From an uncultured Gammaproteobacteria bacterium (GTDB taxonomy: Bacteria; Pseudomonadota; Gammaproteobacteria; CAVZZX01): 64,000 nt of DNA. The first letter of the stretch is position 1. Each line of letters starts with the position of its first letter. This document shows, piece after piece, positions 40,184 through 49,831 of the stretch. The DNA is taken from the NCBI GenBank assembly GCA_963779865.1, contig CAVZZX010000004.1, positions 42,661-106,660 on the forward strand, given 5' to 3'. Below the pieces are notes generated by a model that was not told the DNA's origin, made no database searches, and was given only the letters and a program-made list of their open reading frames with translations. Made by a program: the position numbers and the translations under genes.

Positions 40184-40660
40184 TCACAGGGCCGCCACCT
40201 CCTGCCATTCCTCGTCCGACAGGAGCCTGTCCACATCCACCAGGATCAACAGTTCCTCGCCCTGGTTGGACACGCCCTGGATGTACTTGGAGCTCTCGTC
40301 GTTGCCCACATTGGGCGCGGTTTCCATATCGTCCGGCTTGAGGTCGATGACCTCGGCCACGCTGTCCACCAGGATCCCGACCACCTGGCCGTCCGCCTCG
40401 ATGATCATGATGCGCGTCGCGTCGTCGGCCTCCTGGTGGGGCAGGCCAAAGCGCTTGCGCGTGTCGATGACGGTCACCACGTTGCCGCGCAAATTGATGA
40501 TGCCGAGCACGAAGTCGGGGGCGCCGGGCACCGGGGCGATCTCGCTCATGCGCAAAACCTCCTGCACCCGCATGACGTTGATCCCGTACTTCTCGCCCTC
40601 CAGGCAGAACGTCACCCACTGGCTCAGTGCTTCATTCATCTGTTCGGCTGTCTGACTCAT
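40184..40660 (-). CDS. cheW: Chemotaxis coupling protein CheW
   Basis: WVTFCLEGEKYGINV, VPGAP..VLGIINLRG, GILVDSV; GAGGAG RBS. Confidence 0.95.
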   Translation of the reverse strand: MSQTAEQMNEALSQWVTFCLEGEKYGINVMRVQEVLRMSEIAPVPGAPDFVLGIINLRGNVVTVIDTRKRFGLPHQEADDATRIMIIEADGQVVGILVDSVAEVIDLKPDDMETAPNVGNDESSKYIQGVSNQGEELLILVDVDRLLSDEEWQEVAAL

Positions 40661-40726
40661 TCTCGTTCTCCTCTCGCGGGCCGAACCGCCGGGAATCCGT
40701 CGTCCCGCGGCCGCCTCGTGTCCAAA

Positions 40727-40743
40727 AGCAGGTTGCGTGCCAA
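40727..40743 (-). promoter_or_regulatory. Putative sigma54 promoter upstream of cheW
   Basis: TTGGCACGCAACCTGCT: GG-N10-GC spacing, in the intergenic gap. Confidence 0.65.
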
Positions 40744-40746
40744 GAG

Positions 40747-41448
40747 CTATTCGGCGCCCGTCTCCAGCAGGTGTGCGAAGGCCCGCGCATCGAGCAGCGC
40801 GCACATGTGCTCCACGACCGTGCCCGCCAGCCAGCGCCGCCGGGTGCGCTGGGTGCGCCAACGCACCTGGTCGGGACGCAGGCTCAGCACCTCGCCGACG
40901 CTGTCGCAGGCCAGCCCCCAGGCGGCATCGCCGATCAGGATGATCCGGGTGAGCCGCTCGCCGGGCGCCGAGTGCACGAGCTCCTGCCGCCGGTCGGCGG
41001 GCAGCACCAGGCGCGCGGTGTCCACGACCGGGACACTGCGGCCGCGATGCTTGACCAGGCCGAGGTAGAAGGGCGCGTGCCCCGGCATCGGCGTGATGTG
41101 CTCGCTCCATTCCAGGATGCCGTGCAACTCCACCAGCGCGACCGCCAGGTTCAGCCCGCCGGCCTTGAACAGCATGCACTGGAAGGGCTCCTCCGCCCAG
41201 GCGGGCCGATCCTCGGCACGTGGTGGCGCGGCGGCCGCGTGGACGCTCTCCGCCACCGGGGGCTCGCCGGCGAGCGGCGCCGGCGGCACGTCGAGGAGCG
41301 TCGGTATCGGCGGCGTGTCGACCGGCAGCGGTGTGGGAACCGGCGCGGGCGGGGGCGCGATCTCGAGCGCCGGCTCCCGCAGCAGCGACTGCAGGAAACT
41401 GCTCAGCGCGAGGCCTTCGCGCACCAGGGTGGGTCTGCTTTCACTCAC
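40747..41448 (-). CDS. CheW-like protein with a Pro-rich N-terminus (ParP-like)
   Basis: GTG start overlaps the parA stop; P-rich linker, PFQCMLF, PMPGHAP, WLAGTVVEHMCALLD. Confidence 0.82.
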   Translation of the reverse strand: MSESRPTLVREGLALSSFLQSLLREPALEIAPPPAPVPTPLPVDTPPIPTLLDVPPAPLAGEPPVAESVHAAAAPPRAEDRPAWAEEPFQCMLFKAGGLNLAVALVELHGILEWSEHITPMPGHAPFYLGLVKHRGRSVPVVDTARLVLPADRRQELVHSAPGERLTRIILIGDAAWGLACDSVGEVLSLRPDQVRWRTQRTRRRWLAGTVVEHMCALLDARAFAHLLETGAE

Positions 41449-42236
41449 GAGGCGATCTCCGCGCGGCGCGGCGTGCCCGCCGCGCACAGGGTATCCAGAA
41501 GCGCCGCATAGGCACGCGAGCCGCGCGCCCGCGGCTGGTCGATCGACAGCGGCGCGCCGCGCCGGCTGGCGTCGCGAAACTGCGTGTCCACGGGGACGAC
41601 CGAGTCCCACACCTGTTCGCCGTAGCGCTCGCGCAGCTGGCGCAGACTCTCGATGGCCGCCCGCGTGCGGCGGTCGAACATGGTCGGCACGATGGTGTAG
41701 GCGAGCGACTGCTTGCGCGCCTGCACGATCATCTCCAGGGTGCGCATCATGCGCTCCAGGCCCTTCAGGGCGAGGGGCTCGGTCTGCACCGGCAACAGCA
41801 GGTGCTCGCAGGCCGCCAGGGCGTTGACCATCAGGATGCCGAGCACGGGCGGGCAGTCGATCAGGGCGTATTCGAATTCGCCGGCGAGCGCCTGCAGGGC
41901 GTGGCTGATCACCAGCCCCTTGCCCTCCTGGACGCCGAGCTGGCGTTCAATGGTCGCCAGCGCCGTGGAGGCCGGCAACAGGTGCAGATTCTCATGGCCG
42001 GTTTCGCGCACCAGCTTGCCGGCCCCCGCCCAGGCCTGCTCGCCATCGAACAGGCGATAGAGGCTGTCCTCGAGGGTGTCCGGGTCGAGCCCGAAGTAGG
42101 CGGTCAACGAGCCGTGCGGGTCCAGGTCGACCAGCAGCGTGCGCCGCCCCTGCGCGGCGAGGTGACCGGCCAGGGTGACGGTCGTGGTCGTCTTTCCGAC
42201 GCCCCCCTTCTGATTGGCGCAGGCCCAGATCCTCAC
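41445..42236 (-). CDS. ParA/ParC-family ATPase of the chemotaxis cluster
   Basis: ANQKGGVGKTTT, VDLDPHGSLT, DCPP, PVQTEPLA; GTG at 42236. Confidence 0.92.
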   Translation of the reverse strand: MRIWACANQKGGVGKTTTTVTLAGHLAAQGRRTLLVDLDPHGSLTAYFGLDPDTLEDSLYRLFDGEQAWAGAGKLVRETGHENLHLLPASTALATIERQLGVQEGKGLVISHALQALAGEFEYALIDCPPVLGILMVNALAACEHLLLPVQTEPLALKGLERMMRTLEMIVQARKQSLAYTIVPTMFDRRTRAAIESLRQLRERYGEQVWDSVVPVDTQFRDASRRGAPLSIDQPRARGSRAYAALLDTLCAAGTPRRAEIAS

Positions 42237-43081
42237 GTGCGGCTCTCCCCTGGGTTCGCTGCCGCGGCCGGTGCGGCGCTCGCCGCCGCCGGGGCGCTCG
42301 CGCGCTGGATGTCCAACACGCGGCGCGCCGCCGGATCGGCGAGCACCACCACCACCACACGACGATTCTTCTCCCGCCCGGCGGGCGTGTCGTTGTTGGC
42401 GATCGGCCGGAACTCGCCATAGCCGACCGCGGCCATGCGCTGGGGCGCCACTCCTTCGCGCATGAACAGGTGCACCACGCTGGCCGCCCGTGCCGCCGAG
42501 AGTTCCCAGTTCGAGGGGTAGACCGGCGTGTTTATCGGAACGTTGTCGGTGAAGCCTTCCACCTGCACCGGATTGGGCACGGCCTCGAGAATGGCGGCGA
42601 CCTTGCGCAGCACCGGCAGGGCCTGCTCCCCCAGCTGCACGCTGCCACTGGGGAAAAGCAGCCGCTCGCTGATCTCGACCTCCACCCATAGATCGTCACG
42701 ACGAATGCGGATGAGGTGCTCGTCGACCAGCGAGGACAGGGCATGGGCGAGCTGTTTCTGGATCTGCATCATGGCCTGACTCTGCCCCCCCGGCGGCGTG
42801 GCGCGCAGCTCGATCATGCTGCCGGTGGGGCCGTCGGGGACGCCGCTCTGCGGCCGCAGGCTGCTGGGCCGGTCGCCGAACTGAATGGGCTGCAGGTGGC
42901 GCGGCGCCTGCTTGAACGCCGCCACCAGCGAGTCGGACAGAACCCGGTACTTGCCCTCGTTGACGGAGGAGATCGAGTACATCACCACAAAGAACGCGAA
43001 CAGCAGCGTAATGAAATCCGCGTAGGACACCAGCCAGCGTTCGAGGTTTTCATGCTCTTCCGTCCTTTTGCGCCGTGCCAT
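42233..43081 (-). CDS. motD: Flagellar stator protein MotD
   Basis: ERWLVSYADFITLLFAFFVVMY, VEGFTDN, NWELSAARA; follows motC in the che cluster. Confidence 0.9.
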   Translation of the reverse strand: MARRKRTEEHENLERWLVSYADFITLLFAFFVVMYSISSVNEGKYRVLSDSLVAAFKQAPRHLQPIQFGDRPSSLRPQSGVPDGPTGSMIELRATPPGGQSQAMMQIQKQLAHALSSLVDEHLIRIRRDDLWVEVEISERLLFPSGSVQLGEQALPVLRKVAAILEAVPNPVQVEGFTDNVPINTPVYPSNWELSAARAASVVHLFMREGVAPQRMAAVGYGEFRPIANNDTPAGREKNRRVVVVVLADPAARRVLDIQRASAPAAASAAPAAAANPGESRT

Positions 43082-43093
43082 GGGGCCCCTCGT

Positions 43094-43834
43094 TCAGTGC
43101 AGGAAGCCTTGCAGCTTGGTTTCGATGTTGCGCGGATTCTCGCCCTCGGCGATGGACACCACCCCCTCGACGATCATGGCGCGGAAATGCGCCTGGGCAT
43201 GCACCAGGTTCTTCAGCTTGGTGGCGATCGGCAGGAACAGCAGATTGGCCGAGCCCACGCCGTAGATGGTCGCCACGAAGGCCACCGCGATGCCGCCGCC
43301 CAGCTTGCTCGGGTCGCTGAGATTGCCCATCACGTGAATCAGGCCCATCACGGCGCCGATGATGCCGACCGTGGGGCTATACCCCCCCATGCTCTCGAAG
43401 ATCTTCGCCGCCTGCACATCGATGTCCTCACGCGTCCCGATCTCCACCTCCAGAATCGCGCGGATGGTATCCGGTTCGCTGCCGTCGACCAGCAGCTGCA
43501 GCCCCTTGCTCGCGAAGGCGTCGCTCTCCGTCTCGGTGAGCGTCTCCAGGCCGAGCAGCCCCTCCTTGCGGGCGATGTTGCTCCAGGACACGATCTTCTC
43601 GATGGTCTCCTCGGCGCCGAGCTGCGGCGGCCGAAACGCCCAGAACCCCATGCGCATGGCGCGCAGAAACACCCGCGTCGGGGACTGCAGCATGACCGCA
43701 CCGAAGCTGCCGCCGATCACGATCAAGGCCGCCGGGCCGTTGATCAGCGTCTCCACGTGGCCGCCTTCCAGGTGCTGCCCCAGGAGGATGGCGCCCAGGC
43801 CGACGAGCAGGCCGAGGAAGCTCAACAGATCCAT
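43094..43834 (-). CDS. motC: Flagellar stator protein MotC
   Basis: ARKEGLLGLE, GGYSPTVGIIGAV, AFVATIYG, GENPR. Confidence 0.9.
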   Translation of the reverse strand: MDLLSFLGLLVGLGAILLGQHLEGGHVETLINGPAALIVIGGSFGAVMLQSPTRVFLRAMRMGFWAFRPPQLGAEETIEKIVSWSNIARKEGLLGLETLTETESDAFASKGLQLLVDGSEPDTIRAILEVEIGTREDIDVQAAKIFESMGGYSPTVGIIGAVMGLIHVMGNLSDPSKLGGGIAVAFVATIYGVGSANLLFLPIATKLKNLVHAQAHFRAMIVEGVVSIAEGENPRNIETKLQGFLH

Positions 43835-43836
43835 TC

Positions 43837-44901
43837 TCAGACGCTCTGCGCCAGGCCCGGGCCGATCTCCTCGAGGGCCAGCACCTGGTCGGCGAGCCCG
43901 GCCTCCACCACGGCCGCCGGCATCCCGTAGACGACCGAACTCTTCTCGTCCTGCGCCCAGACGCCGGCGCCGTTCGCCTTCATGGCGCGCACGCCTTCGC
44001 GACCGTCGGCGCCCATGCCGGTCATGATCACCGCCAGCGCCTCACCCGGAAACACCTTGTCCACCGAGGCGAAGGTGGTGTCGACCGAGGGCCGATAGGT
44101 CTGCCCCGGCTCGCTGTCGCGGAGGCGGATGCACACCTCCTGGCCGTGGCGCTCGAGCAGCATCTGGCGTCCGCCCGGGGCGAGATAGGCGGTGGCCGGA
44201 CGCAGGCGATCGCCGTCTTCGGCCTCCTTCACGGCGATTGCGCACTGTTGATTGAGCCGCTGGGCGAACGCCGGCGTGAAGCTCGCCGGCATGTGCTGCA
44301 CCAACAGCAGCGGCACGCGAAAGTCCGCGGGCAGTCCAGTGAGCACGCGCTGCAGCGCGACCGGGCCGCCGGTGGAGGTGCCGATGGCAACGATGCTGAT
44401 CTGGCCGCGCCGCAGCCGCGCCCGCGGCAACGGCGGCGCGACCGGGCGGGGCACGGCCACGCTCGCCGGGCTCGCCGTTGCCGCGGGCGCGGCGCGGCGC
44501 GCGCCCCGCCGGCCGAGCATGCGCACGCGGTGACACAGCTGGCGCTTGACCTCGTCCCGGTCGCGCGAGATGTCCTCGAAACGCTTGGGCATGAAATCAA
44601 CGGCGCCGGCGTCGAGCGCATCGAGGGTCGCCTTCGCCCCGTCGGTGGTCAACGAAGAGAACATCAGCACCGGGGTGGGATGGCTGCGCATGATCCGCCG
44701 CACCGCGGTGATGCCGTCCATGACGGGCATCTCGATGTCCATGGTGACCACGTCGGGGCGCAGCGCGGCGACCTGGCGCAACGCCTCGCTGCCGTCGGCG
44801 GCCTGGCCCACCACCTCCAGGGCCGGGTCGCTGCCGAGCATCTCCGAGAGGCGCCGCCGGAAGAAGCCCGAATCGTCGACAATCAGCACGCGCACTGGCA
44901 T
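43837..44901 (-). CDS. cheB: Chemotaxis response regulator methylesterase
   Basis: Receiver domain followed by GTSTGG, QHMP, RPSVD, MTGMGADG. Confidence 0.96.
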   Translation of the reverse strand: MPVRVLIVDDSGFFRRRLSEMLGSDPALEVVGQAADGSEALRQVAALRPDVVTMDIEMPVMDGITAVRRIMRSHPTPVLMFSSLTTDGAKATLDALDAGAVDFMPKRFEDISRDRDEVKRQLCHRVRMLGRRGARRAAPAATASPASVAVPRPVAPPLPRARLRRGQISIVAIGTSTGGPVALQRVLTGLPADFRVPLLLVQHMPASFTPAFAQRLNQQCAIAVKEAEDGDRLRPATAYLAPGGRQMLLERHGQEVCIRLRDSEPGQTYRPSVDTTFASVDKVFPGEALAVIMTGMGADGREGVRAMKANGAGVWAQDEKSSVVYGMPAAVVEAGLADQVLALEEIGPGLAQSV

Positions 44902-44934
44902 CGATACTCTCCTGCGGACCCCGTGACCCGCCGC

Positions 44935-46953
44935 TCAGAGGCGGCCGGCGTAGTTGCTCATCAAGCCCGGCACGTCGAGGATCACCGCGATGCGCCCATC
45001 GCCCGTGATGGTGGCGCCGGCGAGCCCGCCCGTGCCCTGCAGGAAGGCGCCCAGCGGCTTGATCACCACCTCTTCCTGGCCGTAGAGCTCGTCCACGACG
45101 AGCCCCACCTTCTGCGTGCCGGCGTGCACGACCACCACGTAGCCCTGCTCGGGCAACTCCACCTGCGCCTTGCCTTCGATCAGCCAGCGGCTGAGATAGA
45201 ACAGCGGCAGGGCGCGCTCGCGCACCCGCACCACGAGCTGTCCGTCGACGCTGTTCGTCTTGGCGTCCTCGAGGTTGAAGATCTCGTTGACGTTCACCAG
45301 CGGCAGCGCGAACTGCCGATCGGCGAGCTGCACCATCAGGGTGGGCATGATGGCGAGCGTGAGCGGCACCTTGATGCTCAGGCGGCTGCCGCGGCCCGGC
45401 GCCGAGTCGATGTGCACGGTGCCGTTGAGCTGGGAGATCTTGGTCTTCACCACGTCCATGCCCACCCCGCGCCCGGAGATGTCCGAGATCTCGCTCTTGG
45501 TGGAAAAACCCGGCATGAAGATGAGGTTGAAGCATTCGCTGGCGTCGAGCCGGGCCGCGGCATCGGCGTCGAGCACGCCTTTGTCCACGGCCTTGCGACG
45601 CAGGGCCTCGGCATCCATCCCCGCCCCGTCGTCTTCGATGGACAGCAGGATGTGATCGCCCTCCTGGGCGGCCGAGAGGGTCACGGTCCCGGCGCGCGGT
45701 TTGCCGCTGCGCTCGCGCTCCTCGGGCATCTCGATCCCATGGTCCACGGCATTGCGCACCAGATGTACCAGCGGGTCGGCGAGCGCCTCGACCAGGTTCT
45801 TGTCCAGGTCGGTCTCCTCCCCGTGCATCACCAGGTGCACCTCTTTCTTGAGGTTGCGCGCGAGGTCGCGCACCACGCGCGGGAAGCGTCCGAACACCTT
45901 CTTGATCGGCTGCATGCGGGTCTTCATCACCGCCATTTGCAGATTGGTGGTGACCAGATCCAGGTTGTCGACGGCCTTGCCCATCTCCTCGTCGCCCATG
46001 CTCGCTTCCAGGCGCGCCAGGCGGTTGCGCACCAGCACCAGCTCTCCGACCATGTTCATGATGTCGTCGAGCCGGCGGGTGTCCACGCGCACCGTGCTCT
46101 CCGGCTGCGGGGCGGGCTCGCCCTTGGGGCGCGCGGCGGCCGCGGCCGGCCGGGCATTCGGTGCCGGCGACGGGGGCGATGCGGGCGGCGCCGCGCCGAA
46201 CTTGCCCGTGCCGTGCAGCTCGTCGAGCAGCGCCTCGAACTCGTCCTCGCTGATCTCCTCGCCGCGGGCCGCCGCGCCCGGCGCTGGCGCGGCCGCAGGG
46301 GGGGCGGCCGGCGCCGCAGCGCCGAACTTGCCCTTGCCGTGCAGCTCGTCGAGCAGGGCCTCGAACTCGTCGTCGTTGATGTCGTCCCCGCCCGCGGCAA
46401 CGGTGCCCGCGCCCGCGCCCGCCTTGGCCTCTGCCGGAGTCTTGTCGAGGGCGTCGAGCAGGTGCTCGAATTCCTCGTCGGTAATGTCCTCGCCGCCGCC
46501 CACGCCAGCCGCGTCGTTCGCCGGCGTCGCCGGAGTCGGAGTCGGAGCCGGCGCGTCGCCGGGCACGCTGAGCGCCTCCAGGCGCTGCAGCAGCTGTGGA
46601 TCGGCGTGCTGCGGCTCGGCCCCGGCGCGCAGCGCCGCGAACTGCTCGTTGAGCACGTCGAGCACCGGCAGCACCACGTCCATCAGCTCGGCGTCGACAT
46701 GGCGGTCGCCGTTGCGCAGCAGGTTGAAGACGTCTTCGGCGCGGTGACAGAGCGCGACCAGCGCCTCCAGATTGATGAACCCGGCCCCGCCCTTGATGGT
46801 GTGAAAGCCGCGGAACACCGCGTTCAGCAAGTCGCGGTCGTCCGGCTGCTGCTCGAGCTGCACGAGCTGTTCGCCGAGCTGCTCGAGGATCTCGCCGGCC
46901 TCGACCAGAAAGTCCTGCAGGATGTCGTCTTCGAGGTTCAGCGCCATACCCAA
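44935..46953 (-). CDS. cheA: Chemotaxis histidine kinase
   Basis: Hpt FRGFHTIKGGA, HLVRNAVDHG, DDGAG, GRGVGMDVV, C-terminal CheW domain. Confidence 0.97.
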   Translation of the reverse strand: MGMALNLEDDILQDFLVEAGEILEQLGEQLVQLEQQPDDRDLLNAVFRGFHTIKGGAGFINLEALVALCHRAEDVFNLLRNGDRHVDAELMDVVLPVLDVLNEQFAALRAGAEPQHADPQLLQRLEALSVPGDAPAPTPTPATPANDAAGVGGGEDITDEEFEHLLDALDKTPAEAKAGAGAGTVAAGGDDINDDEFEALLDELHGKGKFGAAAPAAPPAAAPAPGAAARGEEISEDEFEALLDELHGTGKFGAAPPASPPSPAPNARPAAAAARPKGEPAPQPESTVRVDTRRLDDIMNMVGELVLVRNRLARLEASMGDEEMGKAVDNLDLVTTNLQMAVMKTRMQPIKKVFGRFPRVVRDLARNLKKEVHLVMHGEETDLDKNLVEALADPLVHLVRNAVDHGIEMPEERERSGKPRAGTVTLSAAQEGDHILLSIEDDGAGMDAEALRRKAVDKGVLDADAAARLDASECFNLIFMPGFSTKSEISDISGRGVGMDVVKTKISQLNGTVHIDSAPGRGSRLSIKVPLTLAIMPTLMVQLADRQFALPLVNVNEIFNLEDAKTNSVDGQLVVRVRERALPLFYLSRWLIEGKAQVELPEQGYVVVVHAGTQKVGLVVDELYGQEEVVIKPLGAFLQGTGGLAGATITGDGRIAVILDVPGLMSNYAGRL
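46195..46491 (-). repeat. Three acidic I(T/N/S)xxEFExLLDxL helical repeats in the CheA linker
   Basis: ITDEEFEHLLDALD, INDDEFEALLDELHGKGKFG and ISEDEFEALLDELHGTGKFG, separated by Ala/Pro linkers. Confidence 0.85.
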
Positions 46954-46964
46954 TTCGACCGTTT

Positions 46965-47699
46965 CTAGAAGCCCAGACTGGAGAGCAGATCGTCGACGTC
47001 GTCCTGCGAGGACACCAGATCGCCCTTGCTCACGCCCGGCACCGGGGGCCCTTCCAGGCTGGCCGGGTCATCGGCCTCCGGTGCCTCGCCGACCTTCTGA
47101 CCGGTGAGCGAGACCAGATTGACCAGGTTGAGCTCGACCTCCTCCACGAGGTTGATCACCCGCTTGATGATCTGTCCGGTGAGATCCTGGAAGCCCTGTG
47201 CCATGAGCACCTCGGTGAGGTGCCCGCGGATGGTGTTGACGTGGCCGGGGGCCGTGTGGAGGAAATCGGCCAGCTCGCGGCTCATGCCGCGGAACTCGTC
47301 CGCGTTCATCTGGCGCCCGGTGAAGCGCGCCCAGGCCTCGCTCAACCGCTCCGCGCTGCGCTCGATGTCATCGCACAACGGGCCACTCTCCTCCACCGCC
47401 GCGAGGGTGCGGTTGGCCGCCTGCTGCGTCATGTCGATGACGTAGTTCAGGCGCTCGCGCGCGTCGGGGATCTCCTGCTGGGCGATGTTCGCCAGGCGGT
47501 CGTCGAACTGGAAGTTGTTCAAGGCCTCGTGCAGCTGGCGCGTGAGCTTGCCCACCTGCTGATAGAGCTCGCCCTCGCGCATCGTGGTGAGCTCATCGAG
47601 CGTGCCGCGCGCACCGGCCTCGTCGGCCGCCTCGATCTGATCGAGCAGCCGCTGTGCCAGCTCGCGTGCCTGCCCATCCAAGAAGATCGAATCGCCCAT
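46965..47699 (-). CDS. cheZ: Chemotaxis phosphatase
   Basis: RERLNYVI, AQGFQDLTGQII, C-terminal SQDDVDDLLSSLGF. Confidence 0.95.
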   Translation of the reverse strand: MGDSIFLDGQARELAQRLLDQIEAADEAGARGTLDELTTMREGELYQQVGKLTRQLHEALNNFQFDDRLANIAQQEIPDARERLNYVIDMTQQAANRTLAAVEESGPLCDDIERSAERLSEAWARFTGRQMNADEFRGMSRELADFLHTAPGHVNTIRGHLTEVLMAQGFQDLTGQIIKRVINLVEEVELNLVNLVSLTGQKVGEAPEADDPASLEGPPVPGVSKGDLVSSQDDVDDLLSSLGF

Positions 47700-47705
47700 T
47701 GCCGC

Positions 47706-48095
47706 TCAGGAAGCCTCGACCCGCGCGAAGATCTTCTCGAGCTTTTCCTTGAGCGTCTGCGCGGTGAAGGGCTTGACGATGTAGCCGTTGACGCCTGCCT
47801 GGGCGGCCTCGACGATCTGGTCGCGTTTCTGCTCGGCCGTGACCATCAGCACCGGCAAGCTGGCGAGCTTGGCATCGGCGCGCACGTGTTTGAGCAGGTC
47901 GATGCCCTGCATGCCCGGCATGTTCCAGTCGGTCACCAACAGCCCGAACTCGCCGGCCTTGAGCAGGGGCAGGGCCGTGATTCCGTCGTCGGCCTCGGCG
48001 GTGTTGTTGAACCCCAGATCGCGAAGCAGGTTCTTGATGATTCGCCGCATCGTAGAGAAGTCGTCCACGATGAGGATCTTCATATTCTTGTCCAA
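47706..48095 (-). CDS. cheY: Chemotaxis response regulator
   Basis: GGAGG RBS before TTG at 48095; [21 protein letters not shown]. Confidence 0.96.
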   Translation of the reverse strand: MDKNMKILIVDDFSTMRRIIKNLLRDLGFNNTAEADDGITALPLLKAGEFGLLVTDWNMPGMQGIDLLKHVRADAKLASLPVLMVTAEQKRDQIVEAAQAGVNGYIVKPFTAQTLKEKLEKIFARVEAS

Positions 48096-48206
48096 AACAT
48101 TCCTCCGGAACGGACCGATCATCCAGACGCCGGGCGCTACGCCCGCGCCGCCCTGCGCGCGAGGCGAGTGGCGACACCCCCATTAGCGGCGGGTCGCCGA
48201 AATTCT

Positions 48207-48944
48207 TCAGTCCTCGATGGAATCGGCGATACGGGCCTGGAGACGGATGATGGCCTGGCTGTGGATTTGACTCACACGCGATTCGCTGACGCCCATGACG
48301 GCGCCGATCTCGCGCAGGTTGAGCTCTTCGTCGTAGTACAGCGCCATGACCAGGCGCTCGCGCTCGGGCAGGCCGGCGATGGCGTCGCTGAGCTGACGCT
48401 GCATGTCCTCGTACTGCAGCCCATCGAGGATGCCGGGACCGTTATCGGAGAGGTTCTCGAGGATGGAGTCCTCGCCGCTGCCCATGTCCTCCAGGCTGAG
48501 CACGCGCTGGCTGCTGGCGTCGCGCAGGATGTGGTAGTAGTCGTCCAGCGAGATGCCCAGCGTCTCGGCGATCTCCTCGTCGCGGGCGTCGCGGCCGTGC
48601 GCGTGCTCGATCTGGCGCACCGCATCGGCGACCATGCGCGCCTTGCGGTGCACCGAGCGCGGCGCCCAGTCGTTCTTGCGGATCTCGTCGAGCATGGAGC
48701 CGCGGATGCGAATCCCCGCATAGGTCTCGAAGCTGGCACCCTGGTTCTCGTCGTAATTGCGCGAGGCCTCGAGCAGCCCGATCATGCCGGCCTGGATCAT
48801 GTCTTCCATCTGCACGCTGGCCGGCAGCCGCGTCATCAGGTGACAGGCGATGCGCTTGACCAGCGGCGCGTGGCGCTCGACCAGCGCGTCGGGCCCGCTG
48901 CCACCGCCAACCTGTGTGCTCGCATACATGGCCAGACCGTTCAT
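48207..48944 (-). CDS. fliA: Flagellar sigma factor sigma28
   Basis: DMIQAGMIGL, FETYAGIRIRGSMLDE, DWAPRSV, GVSESRVSQ. Confidence 0.96.
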   Translation of the reverse strand: MNGLAMYASTQVGGGSGPDALVERHAPLVKRIACHLMTRLPASVQMEDMIQAGMIGLLEASRNYDENQGASFETYAGIRIRGSMLDEIRKNDWAPRSVHRKARMVADAVRQIEHAHGRDARDEEIAETLGISLDDYYHILRDASSQRVLSLEDMGSGEDSILENLSDNGPGILDGLQYEDMQRQLSDAIAGLPERERLVMALYYDEELNLREIGAVMGVSESRVSQIHSQAIIRLQARIADSIED

Positions 48945-49831
48945 GGCAGTACCTCCGCGTCCGGCCGCTGGGCCTGGACGAGTCGCTCGACGAAGAATTC
49001 CAGCCGCCCGCCGGCGGCCGTGGGCGCAGGCCAGCGCGCCGTCTGCTCGGCCAGGCTGCGGAAGGCCTGCGCCGCGCGGCAACGCGGATACGCCTCCACC
49101 ACGGCGCGCTGCTGCTGTACGGCCTTGCGCAGATAGGGGTCGCTCGGCACGTGGCCGCAGTAGTCGAGCGACACATCGAGAAAGCGATCGGTGACCCGCG
49201 AGATCTTCTCGTAGACCTCGCGCCCGTTGCGGGCGCTCTCCACCATGTTGGCGACCACCCGGAAGCGGCGCACCCCGTGCTCGCGGCTGAGCAGCTTGAT
49301 CAGGGCATAGGCATCGGTGATGGAGGCGGGCTCGTCGCAGACCACCACCAGCACCTCCTGGGCGGCGCGGCTGAAGCTCACGACGCTGTCGGAAAGCCCC
49401 GCGGCACTGTCCACCAGCAGCACGTCCAGGTTTCCGCTCAGCTCGCTGAAGGCGCGGATCAGGCCGGCGTGCTCGACGCTGTTGAGTTGCGCCATGCGCT
49501 GCACCCCCGAGGCGGCCGGCACCACCTTGATGCCTTCGGGCCCTTCGACGATCGCCTCCTCCAGGGCGCAGCGCCCGTCCATCACGTCGGCGAGCGTGAA
49601 ACGCGGATGCAGCCCGAGCATCACGTCGACGTTGGCCAAGCCGAGGTCCGCGTCCATCAACATGACGTCCTTGCCCGCCTGCGCCAGGGCGAGGGCCATG
49701 TTGACGCAGACGTTGGTCTTGCCGACCCCGCCCTTGCCGCTGGCCACGGCGATCACGCGCACCGGGCGAGGCTGGCGCATGCGGCGCAGGCCGGCGGCCT
49801 GATCCTGGGGCGGCGCGTCAAACATGAGCAT
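48941..49831 (-). CDS. flhG: Flagellar number regulator, MinD-like ATPase
   Basis: DQAAGLRR, SGKGGVGKTN, DADLGLAN, SITDAYA. Start 49831 or 49825. Confidence 0.93.
   Translation of the reverse strand: MLMFDAPPQDQAAGLRRMRQPRPVRVIAVASGKGGVGKTNVCVNMALALAQAGKDVMLMDADLGLANVDVMLGLHPRFTLADVMDGRCALEEAIVEGPEGIKVVPAASGVQRMAQLNSVEHAGLIRAFSELSGNLDVLLVDSAAGLSDSVVSFSRAAQEVLVVVCDEPASITDAYALIKLLSREHGVRRFRVVANMVESARNGREVYEKISRVTDRFLDVSLDYCGHVPSDPYLRKAVQQQRAVVEAYPRCRAAQAFRSLAEQTARWPAPTAAGGRLEFFVERLVQAQRPDAEVLP

Noticed and set aside
46195-46491. Repeated acidic helices in CheA considered as a novelty
   Set aside because: Similar linker repeats are typical of Pseudomonas/Vibrio-type CheA, so they are listed as a feature only.
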